Below are positions 27,219 to 37,942 of a stretch of 64,000 nucleotides of DNA, one piece after another. Positions within the stretch are counted from its first letter, which is position 1; each line of letters starts with the position of its first letter. This stretch comes from an uncultured Acidobacteriota bacterium (GTDB lineage: Bacteria; Acidobacteriota; Thermoanaerobaculia; Gp7-AA8; CAVUJZ01): positions 2,099 to 66,098 of the forward strand of contig CAVUJZ010000010.1 in NCBI GenBank assembly GCA_963741905.1. The letters run 5' to 3'. The notes beneath the pieces are model-generated. The model did not search any database. It worked only from the letters and a program-made list of their open reading frames with translations, and was not told the DNA's origin. A program made the position numbers and the translations under genes.

Positions 27219-29642
27219 GTGAACACAATGAAGCCACTCCGTCTGATCAGCATCGTTTCTCTTCTCGCTTTTCTTCCTGCTCTGAGCGCGCTGGCGATCG
27301 AGCCCCGGTTCGCCGGGGACGATGGCCAGGGTCCGCAGACCCCGCCCCAGCGATACGTCGTCGCCGATGCGCAGCACGTGCTTTCTCCCGCGGAGAAAGG
27401 CGAGTTGGAGGCGAAAGGCTGGAAGGTTCTCTCGGCCCTCGGGGGGACCCGCTATCTGGTCCGGCAATCTGCCGCCGCGGACGGCGACGCCGGGATTCCG
27501 TTTCGGAGCATCGAGAGAATTCGAGCGAATCAGAAGTTCGATCGCAGCGCCCGGCGTGAAATGGCGAGATTCGGGAGCGCGGCACATTTGCGGCTGCTGT
27601 TTCAGCCCGACGTCGACTTTGCCTCCGCGAAGGCTCTCATCGAGGATGCCGGCGGTTGGATTCAGGATCCTCTGCGCACCCGATTCGCGCCTCTCGGAAG
27701 GATCGACGCCGTGATCCCCGGCTCGGCGATTGCCGCTCTGGCGGAACAGGAGGATGTGGCGCGGATCCTCGGCCCGTCACCGAGACTGGTCGCTTGGAAC
27801 GCTGCCTCGGCTCAGGTCTCCTCCGTTGATCAGGTGCAGGCGGCTCCCTACAACCTCGATGGCAGTGGCGTCACCGTCTCCGTCTGGGATGTCGGGAGCG
27901 CCGATGCGAACCACAAGGAGTTCGAGGGCCGGCTGATCGCGGAGGACATCGGCAGCGCTTCGGTGGCGGACCATCCCACCCACACGTCCGGAACCATCGG
28001 AGCGGCGGGCATCCTCCCCGACGCCAAGGGGATGGCTCCGGCAGTCCATCTCCAGCAGTACGACATCTTCACCGGCGATCTGCTGGTCCGGAAGGACGAG
28101 GCGTTCGGCGAATCGGTGATCAGTGCCGACAACAACTCCTGGGGTGACGTCGAAGGCTGGTACCAGGACACCAAGGGGTGGATCTGGTATGGGTTCGATG
28201 AATATTTCGGTGCTTACACCTACGAGAGCGCCGCTCTGGATTATCTCAGCCGGAACCACCCCACCACGATGGTCTTCTCCTCGGGGAACGCGAATGCGGA
28301 CGCCGGACCGTCGACCGCCCCTTTCCAGCATTACCACGGCGACGAAAGCCGTCCCTACTGCTACTCATCCGACGGATCCGGAACCGACTGTCCGACCACC
28401 TGCACGTGCGAAACTGAGCACCATCCCGCCAACGGCCCGTTCCAGTCGCTCGGCATCTACGCTTCGGCCAAGAACACCCTGACCGTCGGCGCCAGCCTCC
28501 AGAGCGGAACGATCGTATCGTTCAGCAGCACCGGCCCCGCACAGGATGGTCGAATCAAGCCGGAGGTGGTGGCCCTCGGCTTCAATGTGAATTCCAGTGT
28601 TCCCCGTAACGGCTATGCCAAAGCGAGCGGAACGTCCATGGCAGCGCCGGTGGTCACCGGGATCTCCGCACTCCTGGCGCAGCAGTGGCACCTGACGATG
28701 GAAGGGGAGCCGAGCCCCGCGGTGATTCGGGGTCTTCTGATCCAAGAGCGCCGAGGATGTCGGAAATCCCGGGCCCGACTACACCTCGGGATTCGGACTG
28801 GTCGAGGCGAAGCCTGCCGTCAACACCATCCTCGCCGATGGTGGCAGCGGCCACCGCATCATCTCGGGGAGTGTCACGCAGGGATCGACCATCGAAGTCC
28901 CCATGACGCTCGATGCTCCCGCGGCGGTGAAGCTCACCCTGGTCTGGGCAGATCCGGAGGTCGCGGTCACCGGGGTGGACGTCGCCAACCCCGCCCTGAT
29001 CAACAACCTCGACCTGGAAATGGTCGGTCCGGAAGGGACGATTCTCCCCTGGACTCTCGACCCGAACAATCCGGCCGCGGATGCCTTCCGGGGCCGGAAT
29101 TCGCGGGACAATGTCGAACAGATCACCGTCGATGCACCGGCGGGCGACTACACGATCAAGGTCATCGGAAGCGGCGTGCCGGAAGGTCCCCAGCCTTTCT
29201 ACCTGATTCCAATCAGGAGAACGATGACACCGGCCCGCCTGCGGCGAGTTCTACGAGCCGAATGACAACCTGGAGACCGCATGGGGACTGCTCCGCCCTG
29301 GCAAGACCATCGCTGGAATCCTCTGCAACCAGAGCGATGTCGACTACTACCGTTTCGTGGTGCGTCACAGTGGGGTCGTCTCGGTGACGATCACGACGGA
29401 GGACACCCAGGTCAAGATCACTCTTTCCTCCGATGCGACGACCCCGGTGTCCACAACGGTGAGCTCCGGCTCGGGAACTGCTCAGGTGATCCTGGGCTCC
29501 GGCAACGGTCTGCCGGTGAGCTCGAACGGCGTTTTACGTCCGCGTCGAACCGGTCTCGACGGTGACCGGGACGGGTGTCTACACTCTGTCGGTGGACTAC
29601 TCCTCGCCGACGCCTTCCCGACGGCACGGCGTCCGGCCCTGA
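27219..29642 (+). pseudogene. Secreted subtilisin-like (S8) serine protease with C-terminal PPC (pre-peptidase C-terminal) domain, disrupted by at least 3 frame changes
   Basis: Signal peptide; D/H/S triad contexts (VSVWDVGS, HPTHTSGTI, SGTSMAAPVVTG). The reading frame jumps near 28746 (LLIQ|SAEDVGNPGPDY), around 29210-29245, and near 29532 (NG|FYVRVEPV...YTLSVDY). Confidence 0.75.
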
Positions 29643-29664
29643 ACGCAAATCATCGGCACAACAG

Positions 29665-29699
29665 AGGCCGCGGTCCTCGGACCGCGGCTTCTTGCTTCG
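29665..29699 (+). terminator. Rho-independent terminator candidate after the protease gene
   Basis: 9-bp GC-rich stem GCCGCGGTC / GACCGCGGC with a 4-nt loop, followed by TTCTTGCTT. Confidence 0.55.
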
Positions 29700-29778
29700 G
29701 GAACTCTCCTGCTCCTGGATCCGTCGTTCGAAGACGATACAATGGCGCTCTTTCATCACAGGGAAGACAGGGAGACTG

Positions 29779-30563
29779 ATGACTGAAACCAAGACACTGA
29801 TCGTGCGCGAGGAGCAGGGCGTCCTGGAGGTGATTCTCCACCGGCCCGAGGTGCACAATGCATTCAATGACGAGCTGATCACCGAGGCGATCGAGCTCTT
29901 CGAGTCGATCGCGCGGCGCGATGATCTTCGGGCCGTGGTTCTGCGGGGAGGGGCCCGAATTTCTGTGCTGGTGCCGATCTCAACTGGATGTCGGGGATGG
30001 TCGGTTACTCGCGGGAAGAGAACATTCGTGATTCGTCGCGGCTGGCGAAGATGTATGCGCTGATCAACGAGTGCCCGGTTCCGGTGATCGGCCGGATCCA
30101 GGGTGCAGCCATCGGTGGCGGAGTCGGACTGGTCGCGGTCTGTGACCTTGCAGTCGCGGGAGAGAAGACGAAGTTCGGTCTCTCGGAGGTCAAGCTTGGC
30201 ATTCTTCCCGCGGTGATCTCTCCCTACGTGATTGCGAAGATTGGAGAGACGCACGCGAGGGCGCTGTTCCTGACGGGAGAGCGTTTCCGGGGGCGACCGG
30301 CCCTCCAGATCGGTCTGGTCCACCAGGTCGTGGTGGCGAGGACGAGCAGGACGCGCGAGTCGCGAGTGCCGTGAGGCAGCTTCGAAGCTCGGGTCCTCGG
30401 GCCGTCCGGGAATGCAAGAAGCTGATCGGTCATGTCGTCGCCAGTTCCATGATGGATTCGATTCCGTACACCATCGAGGCCATTGCCGCGCGCCGGAGTT
30501 TCGGAGGGACAGCCGGGGATGAACGCGTTCCTGGAAAAGGGAAAGGCGCCATGGATTCCCGAA
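29779..30563 (+). pseudogene. Enoyl-CoA hydratase (methylglutaconyl-CoA hydratase-like), split over four frames
   Basis: The pieces MTETKTLIVREEQGVLEVILHRPEVHNAF..., ...NFCAGADLNWM...GAAIGGGVGLVAVCD..., ...LRSSGPRAVRECKKLI... and ...EGQPGMNAFLEKGKAPW are colinear with one crotonase-fold protein. They lie in frames 1, 0, 2 and 0. Confidence 0.7.
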
Positions 30564-32052
30564 ATGATCCGAAAGATCCTCGTTCCGAACCGTGGCGAGA
30601 TCGCCGTTCGGATCGCGCGGGCCTGTCGGGAGATGGGCATCGCCTCGGTTCTGGCGCGATCGGGCGACGACATCCTTCCCGTGGCGGTTCGTGAGTTCGA
30701 CGAGGTGGTCTCTCTGGGTAGCGGCAAGGCGGCGGAGACCTACCTGGTTCCTGCGAAGATCATCGATGCGGCTCGGCGTTCGGGAGCGGATGCCATCCAT
30801 CCCGGCTACGGATTCCTTTCCGAGCGGGCGGAGATGGCCGCCGCGGCCGAGGATGCCGGGATCGCGTTCGTTGGTCCGTCGGCGTCGGTGATCGAGTTGA
30901 TGGGCTCGAAAGCAGCTTCACGAAAACTGATGGCGGATCTGGGCGTCCCGGTCATTCCCGGGTATGACGGGGACGAGCAGGATGACGCGCGGCTGATCGC
31001 GGAGGCGGAGCGAATCGGTTTTCCGCTGCTGGTCAAGGCGTCTGCCGGCGGTGGCGGGAAGGGAATGAAGCGGGTCAGCTCGCCGGAAGAGCTGCCGCGG
31101 GCGATCGAAGCGGCGAGGAGAGAAGCTGCCGCGGCGTTCTGGGAACGACCGGCTCCTGATCGAGCGGTACATGCAGAACCCGAGGCACATCGAGTTTCAG
31201 GTGTTCGGCGATGGCGAGGGGAATCTGGTCCATCTGTTCGAGCGCGACTGTTCGGTCCAGCGGCGGCATCAGAAGGTCATCGAGGAGTCGCCGGCGCCAC
31301 ACTATCCGGAGGAACTTCGCCAGAGGATGGCCGCGTCCGCGGTCGCGGCAGCGAAGGGGATCGGCTATGTCAATGCGGGGACGGTGGAGTTCATCGTGAC
31401 CGGGGATGAGCACTATTTTCTGGAGATGAACACCCGGCTCCAGGTGGAACATCCGATCACCGAGCTGGTGGTGGGAACCGACCTGGTGCGGGCGCAGATC
31501 GACGTAGCGTCGGGTGGTCGGCTTCCCTGGAACCAGGAGGACCTGCGCCAGAGGGGTCATGCGATGGAGTGCCGGATCTACGCTGAGGATCCGGATCAGG
31601 GATTTCTTCCGCAGACCGGAATGATCGAACGCTACCGGGAACCGGCGGGTCCGGGGATCCGGGTCGACTCCGGGGTGGGAGAGGGGACCGAGGTGTCGGT
31701 CTCGTTCGATCCCCTTCTGGCAAAGCTGATCTGCTGGGCGGAGGATCGGAAAAGCTGCGCCGAGCGGATGCGGCGGGCTCTCGAGGAGATGGTGGTTCTG
31801 GGGACCCGGACCAACATCGCCTACCTGAGGCGGGTGATCACCCACCCGCAGTTCCTCGAAGGGGTGTACAGTACGTCTTTTGTGGAGCGGCATGCCGATT
31901 CGCTGGCCCGGGAAGTGGTGCCGGAAGCGGGGGCGGTCGGGCTGGTGCTGAACAGTTTGAATCGCAAACGGGCCGGAGCAGCCCGAGCCGAAGCGGGTTC
32001 CAGGATCGCCTCGATCTGGGATTCTGCAGGGGACTGGGGCCGCGGGAACTGA
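30564..32052 (+). pseudogene. Biotin carboxylase (AccC / acyl-CoA carboxylase alpha N-terminal part) with one frame change near 31140; no BCCP domain
   Basis: MIRKILVPNRGEIAVRIARACREMGI..., GGGGKGM, then after a +1 shift ...RLLIERYMQNPRHIEFQVFGD...EMNTRLQVEHPITE. Ends at 32052 without a biotinyl-lysine (MKM) motif. Confidence 0.75.
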
Positions 32053-32068
32053 TCCGAAGGAGAGCGCG

Positions 32069-32275
32069 ATGGTGGATTACGAAGACATGGATGACGAGGA
32101 ATACGAGGACCAGCTCGATCAGATGATCATCGAGAACGGGGTGTTGACCCACGCGGTGCTCAACACCCTGATCCGCAAGGGTGTGATCAGCCGGGAGGAG
32201 ATCGACGCCGAGGTGGAGAGGCTGTACGCGGAGGCGGAGTCTCTCGGAGACGACGAGGACGACGATCGGGAATAG
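32069..32275 (+). CDS. Hypothetical small acidic protein (68 aa)
   Basis: ORF with Asp/Glu-rich termini and a plausible helical core ([28 protein letters not shown]). No family recognised. Confidence 0.4.
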   Translation: MVDYEDMDDEEYEDQLDQMIIENGVLTHAVLNTLIRKGVISREEIDAEVERLYAEAESLGDDEDDDRE

Positions 32276-32351
32276 GATCCTCGACCGAAGGGATTGAGTC
32301 AGGCGGAGGTTGGCCCTCTCATCAGGATGCCAGCCGGGAACGAGCCCACCG

Positions 32352-33554
32352 ATGCCATTTGCAACCGTACCTGAAGCTGCCGAGCTGTACCGCCGCGGCG
32401 AGTTCGTGATCATCGTCGATGACGAGGATCGTGAAAACGAAGGCGATCTGTGCATCGCCGCGGAGATGATCACGCCGGAGGCGATCAATTTCATGGCCAC
32501 CTTCGGCCGTGGACTGGTCTGTCTTGCTCTGACCGAGGAGCGCTGTGATGTGCTCGAGCTTCCGCTGATGGTCGAGCACAACACCTCGAACTACGGGACC
32601 GCGTTCACGGTGTCGATCGAGGCGCGGGGACGAGTGACGACCGGGATCTCTGCCCGGGATCGTTCGGAGACGGTGCGTGTCGCGATCGACCCTTCCACCC
32701 GGCCGGTCGATCTCCAGAAGCCGGGGCACATCTTCCCTCTGCGAGCACGAAGGGGCGGAGTGCTCAAGCGTGCCGGACAGACCGAAGCCTCGGTGGATCT
32801 CGCGAGCATCGCAGGGATGAACCCGTCCGCGGTGATCTGCGAGATCATGAATGCCGACGGCACCATGGCCCGCCTGCCTGATCTGAAGAAGTTCGCGCTC
32901 GAGCATGGACTGAAGATCATCTCGGTCGCCGATCTCATCAAGCACCGGATGCGTCACGAAAAGCACGTGCACGAAGTGGCTTCTCCCCACCTGCCGACGG
33001 TCTTCGGGGAGTTTCGGGCTCATGCCTATCGGAGCGACATCACCGGAGAGGAGCACGTGGCTCTGGTGATGGGGGAGATCGAGGAGAGCGACGAGGTTCT
33101 GGTCCGGGTGCACTCTTCCTGTCTGACGGGGGATGTGTTCCGTTCGGCCCGATGTGACTGTGGACTTCAGCTGGAGCGCGCTCTGGAGATGATCGCCCAG
33201 GAGAAAAAGGGCGTTCTCCTCTATCTCCTGCAGGAAGGCCGGGGCATCGGGTTGCTGAACAAGCTGAAAGCCTACGAGCTGCAGGACGGCGGCGATGATA
33301 CGATCGAGGCCAACCTCAAGCTGGGATTTCCGGCGGACATCCGGGACTACGGGACCGGATCGCAGATTCTGCGGGATCTGGGGGTTCGACGGATGAGGCT
33401 GATGACGAACAATCCGGCGAAATACGTAGCCATCGAGGGATTTGGTCTGGAGATCGTCGAGCGCGTGCCTCTGGAGATCGCGCCCTCGGACCGGACCCGG
33501 AAGTATCTCGAGGCGAAGAAAAAGAAGCTGGGTCACATCCTCGATCTGGTCTGA
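32352..33554 (+). CDS. ribBA: Bifunctional 3,4-dihydroxy-2-butanone-4-phosphate synthase / GTP cyclohydrolase II
   Basis: [11 protein letters not shown] (RibB) and [12 protein letters not shown]...CDCG (RibA zinc site). ATG 32352 preferred over the track start. Confidence 0.9.
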   Translation: MPFATVPEAAELYRRGEFVIIVDDEDRENEGDLCIAAEMITPEAINFMATFGRGLVCLALTEERCDVLELPLMVEHNTSNYGTAFTVSIEARGRVTTGISARDRSETVRVAIDPSTRPVDLQKPGHIFPLRARRGGVLKRAGQTEASVDLASIAGMNPSAVICEIMNADGTMARLPDLKKFALEHGLKIISVADLIKHRMRHEKHVHEVASPHLPTVFGEFRAHAYRSDITGEEHVALVMGEIEESDEVLVRVHSSCLTGDVFRSARCDCGLQLERALEMIAQEKKGVLLYLLQEGRGIGLLNKLKAYELQDGGDDTIEANLKLGFPADIRDYGTGSQILRDLGVRRMRLMTNNPAKYVAIEGFGLEIVERVPLEIAPSDRTRKYLEAKKKKLGHILDLV

Positions 33555-33593
33555 TTGATCGCCGAACCCACACCCGGAGGGATTCCGCACCTG

Positions 33594-34295
33594 ATGACGC
33601 ATACCGGCCCCATTCTCGAAGGAATCGGCGATACCGATTACGAGCGGTACATCCGTACGGTGGAGTTGCTCTCTCTGCAGAAGGATGTGGCGGATCTGGT
33701 TCATCCGGAGGAACGTCTGTTCCAGATCATGCACCAGACTGCGGAGCTGTGGCTGAAGCAGGTGGGATACGAAGTGGATCGGACGGTGGAGGCACTTCGA
33801 GGCGACCAGGTGGGCCTGGCGACGGATCTGCTGCATCGCTGCCGCCTGATCATGGACCTGCTCCGTGAGCAGATCGTGATTCTGGAGACCATGGCCCCCG
33901 CGGACTACCACGTGATCCGGGTCACGGCGCTGGGACGGGGGAGCGGTCAGGAGTCGCCCGGGTTCAAGCGATTGCTGCACGCTGGCGAGGATCTGTGGCC
34001 TCCCTTCGAGGCGCTGCTGGGGCGCAGGGAGATGACGCCGCTGGAAATCGAGCGGGAGCCGAGGAAGCATGAGAGTCTGCACCGGTTGATTCAGGCGCTG
34101 CTCGACTGGGATTCGGCGTTCATGAAGTGGCGCTACACACACATGCGACTGGCGATGCGGGTGATCGGCTCGCGGGTCAAGTCGCTGAAGGGCGTTCCGG
34201 TGACTCAGCTCGAGGTGGGGACCCGGGAACCAATGTTTCCCGTTTTGTGGCGGACCATCAGTGACCTGACTGACGAATTCAGGCCCGAGTATTGA
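33594..34295 (+). CDS. Tryptophan 2,3-dioxygenase family protein
   Basis: YERYIRTVELLSLQ...HPEERLFQIMHQTAELWLK matches the TDO N-terminal helices. Short bacterial type. Confidence 0.7.
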   Translation: MTHTGPILEGIGDTDYERYIRTVELLSLQKDVADLVHPEERLFQIMHQTAELWLKQVGYEVDRTVEALRGDQVGLATDLLHRCRLIMDLLREQIVILETMAPADYHVIRVTALGRGSGQESPGFKRLLHAGEDLWPPFEALLGRREMTPLEIEREPRKHESLHRLIQALLDWDSAFMKWRYTHMRLAMRVIGSRVKSLKGVPVTQLEVGTREPMFPVLWRTISDLTDEFRPEY

Positions 34296-34419
34296 ATTCG
34301 CCGGATGATGCCGAATTATTTGATGCGCTGTCAGGGTTTTAGCTGGCTGCGGACGAGGGTGGAGCGGGTGGCCGGAGCAGGGTTCGCAGAAATGTGACGC
34401 CAGAGGGTGAACTCAATCC

Positions 34420-34448
34420 TTGACGCTGGAAAATGCGATCTCTATACT
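34420..34448 (+). promoter_or_regulatory. Sigma-70-type promoter candidate for the TPR-TonB-ExbB-ExbD operon
   Basis: TTGACG (34420-34425), 17-bp spacer, TATACT (34443-34448), about 85 bp upstream of the ATG at 34532. Confidence 0.55.
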
Positions 34449-34531
34449 CCGGGCCGATTGTCCGGTTTCGATCCCGGACGCCGCCCGCTGCAGCCTATCT
34501 AGGAATGAACAATGATGGAGACAGGAACTCA

Positions 34532-35374
34532 ATGAAGCGGAATCTGTGCCTGCTCGTCGCGCTGCTCCTGCTGTCCATGACGGCCGTGTCGTGTACCAAG
34601 CTTCAGGCCCGCATGGAAATCAAGCAGGCGAATGACTTTTACTACGCTGAGGACTATCAGCAGGCTCTCGACCATTACGTCCTGGCCAGGCAGCAGGATC
34701 CCACCTTTCCGGATCTGGACCGTCTGATCGGGTATTCGCACATCGGTCTGTTCAAGCCGAATGATGAGTCGCCTGCCAACCAGAAGCATGCAGACATGGC
34801 GATCCGGGAGATCGAGCGGTATCTGAAGTCCCGGCCCGAGGACGAGGCGGCGCGGGAAGCGCTGATCAACCTGTTCCTCAACGCGAATCGCACCTCGCAG
34901 GCCATCGACTATTTCCGGGGATATCTGAAGGGTCATCCCGCGGATCTGGCGGCGGTCAAATCGATTGCGACGCTCTACGCCAAACAGGGAGACTTCGCCG
35001 AGTCGATCAACTGGTACAAGAAGATCACTCTGCTGGATGCGAAGAATCCGGAAGCTTTCTACACCTACGGGGTGGTGTTGTACGAGAAGGTTGCGAAGGA
35101 TCCCCCCGCGGACATGGAAGCGCGCCTGAAGCTGATCTACGAGGGTCGTGAGGCTCTCACCCAGGCCCTGAATCTCAACCCGGAATACTTCGAGGCTCTG
35201 GTCTATCAGAACCTGCTGTACCGGGAGGAGGCGAAGCTGGCCGAAACGCCGGAGCAGCAGCAGGAGCTGTACGCGAAAGCGGACGAATATCGGAACCGGG
35301 CCATCGCGATCAGCCGGGCGCGGAAGGCCGCGGCGGAGAAAGAGAAGCCGGCCGCGGAAGGCCAGGAATCTTAA
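34532..35374 (+). CDS. TPR-repeat lipoprotein
   Basis: Lipobox MTAVSC after a hydrophobic signal. Repeated A..Y/ALxxxP TPR-like helices. Confidence 0.7.
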   Translation: MKRNLCLLVALLLLSMTAVSCTKLQARMEIKQANDFYYAEDYQQALDHYVLARQQDPTFPDLDRLIGYSHIGLFKPNDESPANQKHADMAIREIERYLKSRPEDEAAREALINLFLNANRTSQAIDYFRGYLKGHPADLAAVKSIATLYAKQGDFAESINWYKKITLLDAKNPEAFYTYGVVLYEKVAKDPPADMEARLKLIYEGREALTQALNLNPEYFEALVYQNLLYREEAKLAETPEQQQELYAKADEYRNRAIAISRARKAAAEKEKPAAEGQES

Positions 35375-35389
35375 GAGGACGGACTGCGG

Positions 35390-36133
35390 ATGTTTGAGTC
35401 AACAGTAGTTGAGTCGAGAAAGAGGAAGACCGGAGCGGAGCGGATTTTCACCCTTCCGGTCTCGATCGCCATTCATGCCGTGGCGATCCTGGTGGCAGTC
35501 TTCGCAGCCGTCTGGTCGGTGGATTTCCCTCAGAATTCGCCCGCCCAGGTGGCCCAGTACTCGGTGGCTGCGCCCCCGCCGCCCCCGCCGCCGCCCCCGC
35601 CACCGCCACCTGCACCCAAGGCGCAGCCGCAGCCGACCGAGGTCAAGCCGGTCGAGGTTCCGTCGAATGTGGAGAACATGGCGCCCAGTCAGGTTCCCGA
35701 GGAGATCCCTGATCTGCCGAAGCCGAGCGGGGGCCCGGTGGGTGTCGAAGGTGGTGTCGAAGGTGGTGTCGAGGGCGGAGTGGTTGGTGGAGTGGTCGGT
35801 GGAGTGGTCGGCGGAGTCATCTCCGAAGCCCCGGCTCCGACGGCGCCGGTGCGCGTCGGTGGAGACGTCAAGCCTCCCACCATCATCAGCAAGGTGGATC
35901 CGGTCTACCCGGAAGTCGCTCGCAAAGCGAGGATCTCGGGGCTGGTGATCGTCGAAGCGATCATCGACCACAATGGTACCGTTCAGAACGTGAAGGTGAT
36001 CAAGGGTCTGCCGTTCGGGCTCGACCAGGCCGCCGTCGACGCCGTGAAGCGCTGGCGGTTCAAGCCGGGAACGCTCAACGGACAGCCCGTCGACGTCATT
36101 TTCAACCTCACGGTCAACTTCAAACTGAACTGA
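35390..36133 (+). CDS. tonB: Energy transducer TonB
   Basis: N-terminal TM, poly-Pro stretch (PPPPPPPPPPPPAP), C-terminal TonB domain (PVYPEVARKARISG...VKRWRFKPG). Confidence 0.85.
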   Translation: MFESTVVESRKRKTGAERIFTLPVSIAIHAVAILVAVFAAVWSVDFPQNSPAQVAQYSVAAPPPPPPPPPPPPPAPKAQPQPTEVKPVEVPSNVENMAPSQVPEEIPDLPKPSGGPVGVEGGVEGGVEGGVVGGVVGGVVGGVISEAPAPTAPVRVGGDVKPPTIISKVDPVYPEVARKARISGLVIVEAIIDHNGTVQNVKVIKGLPFGLDQAAVDAVKRWRFKPGTLNGQPVDVIFNLTVNFKLN

Positions 36134-36184
36134 TTGAAAGTTTCGCCGGCTTCAAGGCGGGGATAGATTAGGAGGAACAGGAGA

Positions 36185-36880
36185 ATGGATTTAAGTCCGG
36201 TTGCAGTCTGGAATTCGATGTCTGTCATTGTCAAAGGCGTGACCATCGTCATGGTGATCATGTCCATCTACTCCATCTGGGTCATGGTCGAGCGTGCAAT
36301 CGTGTTCACGCAGGCGAAGAACCAGTCGCTGAAGCTCCTCGGTGCGCTCTCCAACGTGCTCAGCCGCAGCGCCTACCAGGAAGCCATCGACGTGACCAAG
36401 AAGTACAAGAAGAGCCATCTGGCCAAGGTCATCGCAGCCGGGCTTCTGGAGTTCGAAGCCGGTCTTCGGGACAAGCGCAACATCGAGCCCGAAATCACCG
36501 TCGAAGCCGCTCGTCAGGGCATGGATCGGACCGCCATGATCACCGTCGCCGAGCTGAAGGAGAATCTCGGTGCTCTGGCGACCATCGGTGCGACGGCCCC
36601 CTTCGTCGGGCTGTTCGGAACGGTGTTCGGAATCATCAACTCGTTCCAGGGCATGGCGACCTCGGGTGGTGGAATCGCATCCGTGTCCGCCGGTATCGCC
36701 GAGGCGCTCGTTTCGACAGCCTTCGGTCTGTTCGTCGCCATTCCGGCCGTCTGGGCGTACAACTACTTCCAGAATCGCGTCGATCGCTTCACCGTGGAGA
36801 TGTCGAACTCCGGCTCGGAAATGAGCATCTACTTCCTCAAGGAAGCCGAATCGGGAGCACTCAATGAGTCACGGGCCTAA
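36185..36880 (+). CDS. exbB: MotA/TolQ/ExbB proton channel protein
   Basis: LGALATIGATAPFVGLFGTVFGII and AGIAEALVSTAFGL motifs. Confidence 0.9.
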   Translation: MDLSPVAVWNSMSVIVKGVTIVMVIMSIYSIWVMVERAIVFTQAKNQSLKLLGALSNVLSRSAYQEAIDVTKKYKKSHLAKVIAAGLLEFEAGLRDKRNIEPEITVEAARQGMDRTAMITVAELKENLGALATIGATAPFVGLFGTVFGIINSFQGMATSGGGIASVSAGIAEALVSTAFGLFVAIPAVWAYNYFQNRVDRFTVEMSNSGSEMSIYFLKEAESGALNESRA

Positions 36881-37313
36881 AAGAAACAAGCTGACGGAAC
36901 TGGGCAATGCGCCCCTGCAGTCTTCGATCAACGTCACCCCGTTCGTCGACGTCTGTCTGGTTCTGCTCATCATCTTCATGGTCGTCACACCCATGCTGCA
37001 GAAGGGTGTGCCGGTCGTGCTGCCGAAGACGGACAATCCACAGAAGACCCCCGACACCGAGAAACAGCTCCAGATCTCGGTCAAGGCCGACGGAATCATT
37101 TATCTCGGCTCTCTGGTCATCCGCCAGGACATGATGAAATCCGAGCTGAAGAACATCTTCGAACGGACTCCGGACCGCGAGATTGCGGTCAAGGGGGATC
37201 AACGTGTCAGCTACGGTGCGGTGGTCGAGGTGCTCAAGGCCTGTCGGGATGCCGGCTTCGAAAACGTGGGCCTGATCGCCGAACCGATCAAGGGCCCCGG
37301 GAAGGAGGGTTAA
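36864..37313 (+). CDS. exbD: ExbD/TolR biopolymer transport protein
   Basis: INVTPFVDVCLVLLIIFMV TM motif, 149 aa. Confidence 0.9.
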   Translation: MSHGPKRNKLTELGNAPLQSSINVTPFVDVCLVLLIIFMVVTPMLQKGVPVVLPKTDNPQKTPDTEKQLQISVKADGIIYLGSLVIRQDMMKSELKNIFERTPDREIAVKGDQRVSYGAVVEVLKACRDAGFENVGLIAEPIKGPGKEG

Positions 37314-37315
37314 CC

Positions 37316-37777
37316 ATGCAGGTAGGTGGCTCCGGTACCACGATGTCGGAGATCAACGTCACTCCGATGATCGACGTCATCCTGGTCCTCCTGATCATCT
37401 TCATGGTCATTACCCCGGTGGTGCAGATGGGTTACCTGGTGAAGGTTCCTCCGAAAGCTCCCCCCATGCCGGCCAACGCACTGCCCCCGGATCAGATCAT
37501 CTTCCGCTATAACGCGGACAAACAGATCTTCATCAACAAGGAAGAGGTCAGCGCGACGGAATTTCCCCAGCGCGTTCGAGACATCCTGAAAGGAAACACC
37601 GGAAAGATGGTCTTCTTTGCCGGTGATCCCGACCTGGACTACGCCGCTGCGATGAACTTCCTCGACATGGCCCGATCGGCGGGTGCCGAAAACATCGGAA
37701 TCATCGTCGAGAATCTTTCCGACGAACCTGCAGCAGCAACCGCAGGACAGACACCGGCGCCTGCACCCGCACAGTAA
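37316..37777 (+). CDS. exbD: ExbD/TolR biopolymer transport protein (second copy)
   Basis: INVTPMIDVILVLLIIFMV TM motif, 153 aa. Confidence 0.85.
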   Translation: MQVGGSGTTMSEINVTPMIDVILVLLIIFMVITPVVQMGYLVKVPPKAPPMPANALPPDQIIFRYNADKQIFINKEEVSATEFPQRVRDILKGNTGKMVFFAGDPDLDYAAAMNFLDMARSAGAENIGIIVENLSDEPAAATAGQTPAPAPAQ

Positions 37778-37798
37778 CCATCAGTGATCGTCAGACCA

Positions 37799-37830
37799 GG
37801 CACGATGCCTTTGCATCGTGCCTTTTTTTT
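37799..37830 (+). terminator. Rho-independent terminator of the TonB operon
   Basis: Perfect 10-bp stem GGCACGATGC / GCATCGTGCC, 4-nt loop, followed by T8. Confidence 0.85.
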
Positions 37831-37942
37831 GTCTCCCGTCCCGTCCCGCAATCATCCGGCAGGTTCGGCTGTTGAGGGGCAGGGGAGGCTGGGATACCAT
37901 CCGCTTCCCAGATCAATTCCTGTCGAACATGTGGAGGTACAG

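Noticed and set aside
25464-27587. 707-aa minus-strand ORF
   Set aside because: It lies antisense to the sensor histidine kinase. It has no motifs and an Arg/Pro-rich composition.
32276-32351. Possible FMN riboswitch upstream of ribBA
   Set aside because: Only about 75 bp is available, and I could not find the conserved RFN core.
32322-34142. 606-aa minus-strand ORF
   Set aside because: It lies antisense to ribBA and the TDO-family gene. It is a shadow ORF.
35560-35830. Poly-Pro and GGV(E/V) repeats in TonB, and the KKEEKKAA repeat in the E2 linker (7975-8035)
   Set aside because: These are ordinary low-complexity linker regions of those protein families, in frame within well-supported genes.
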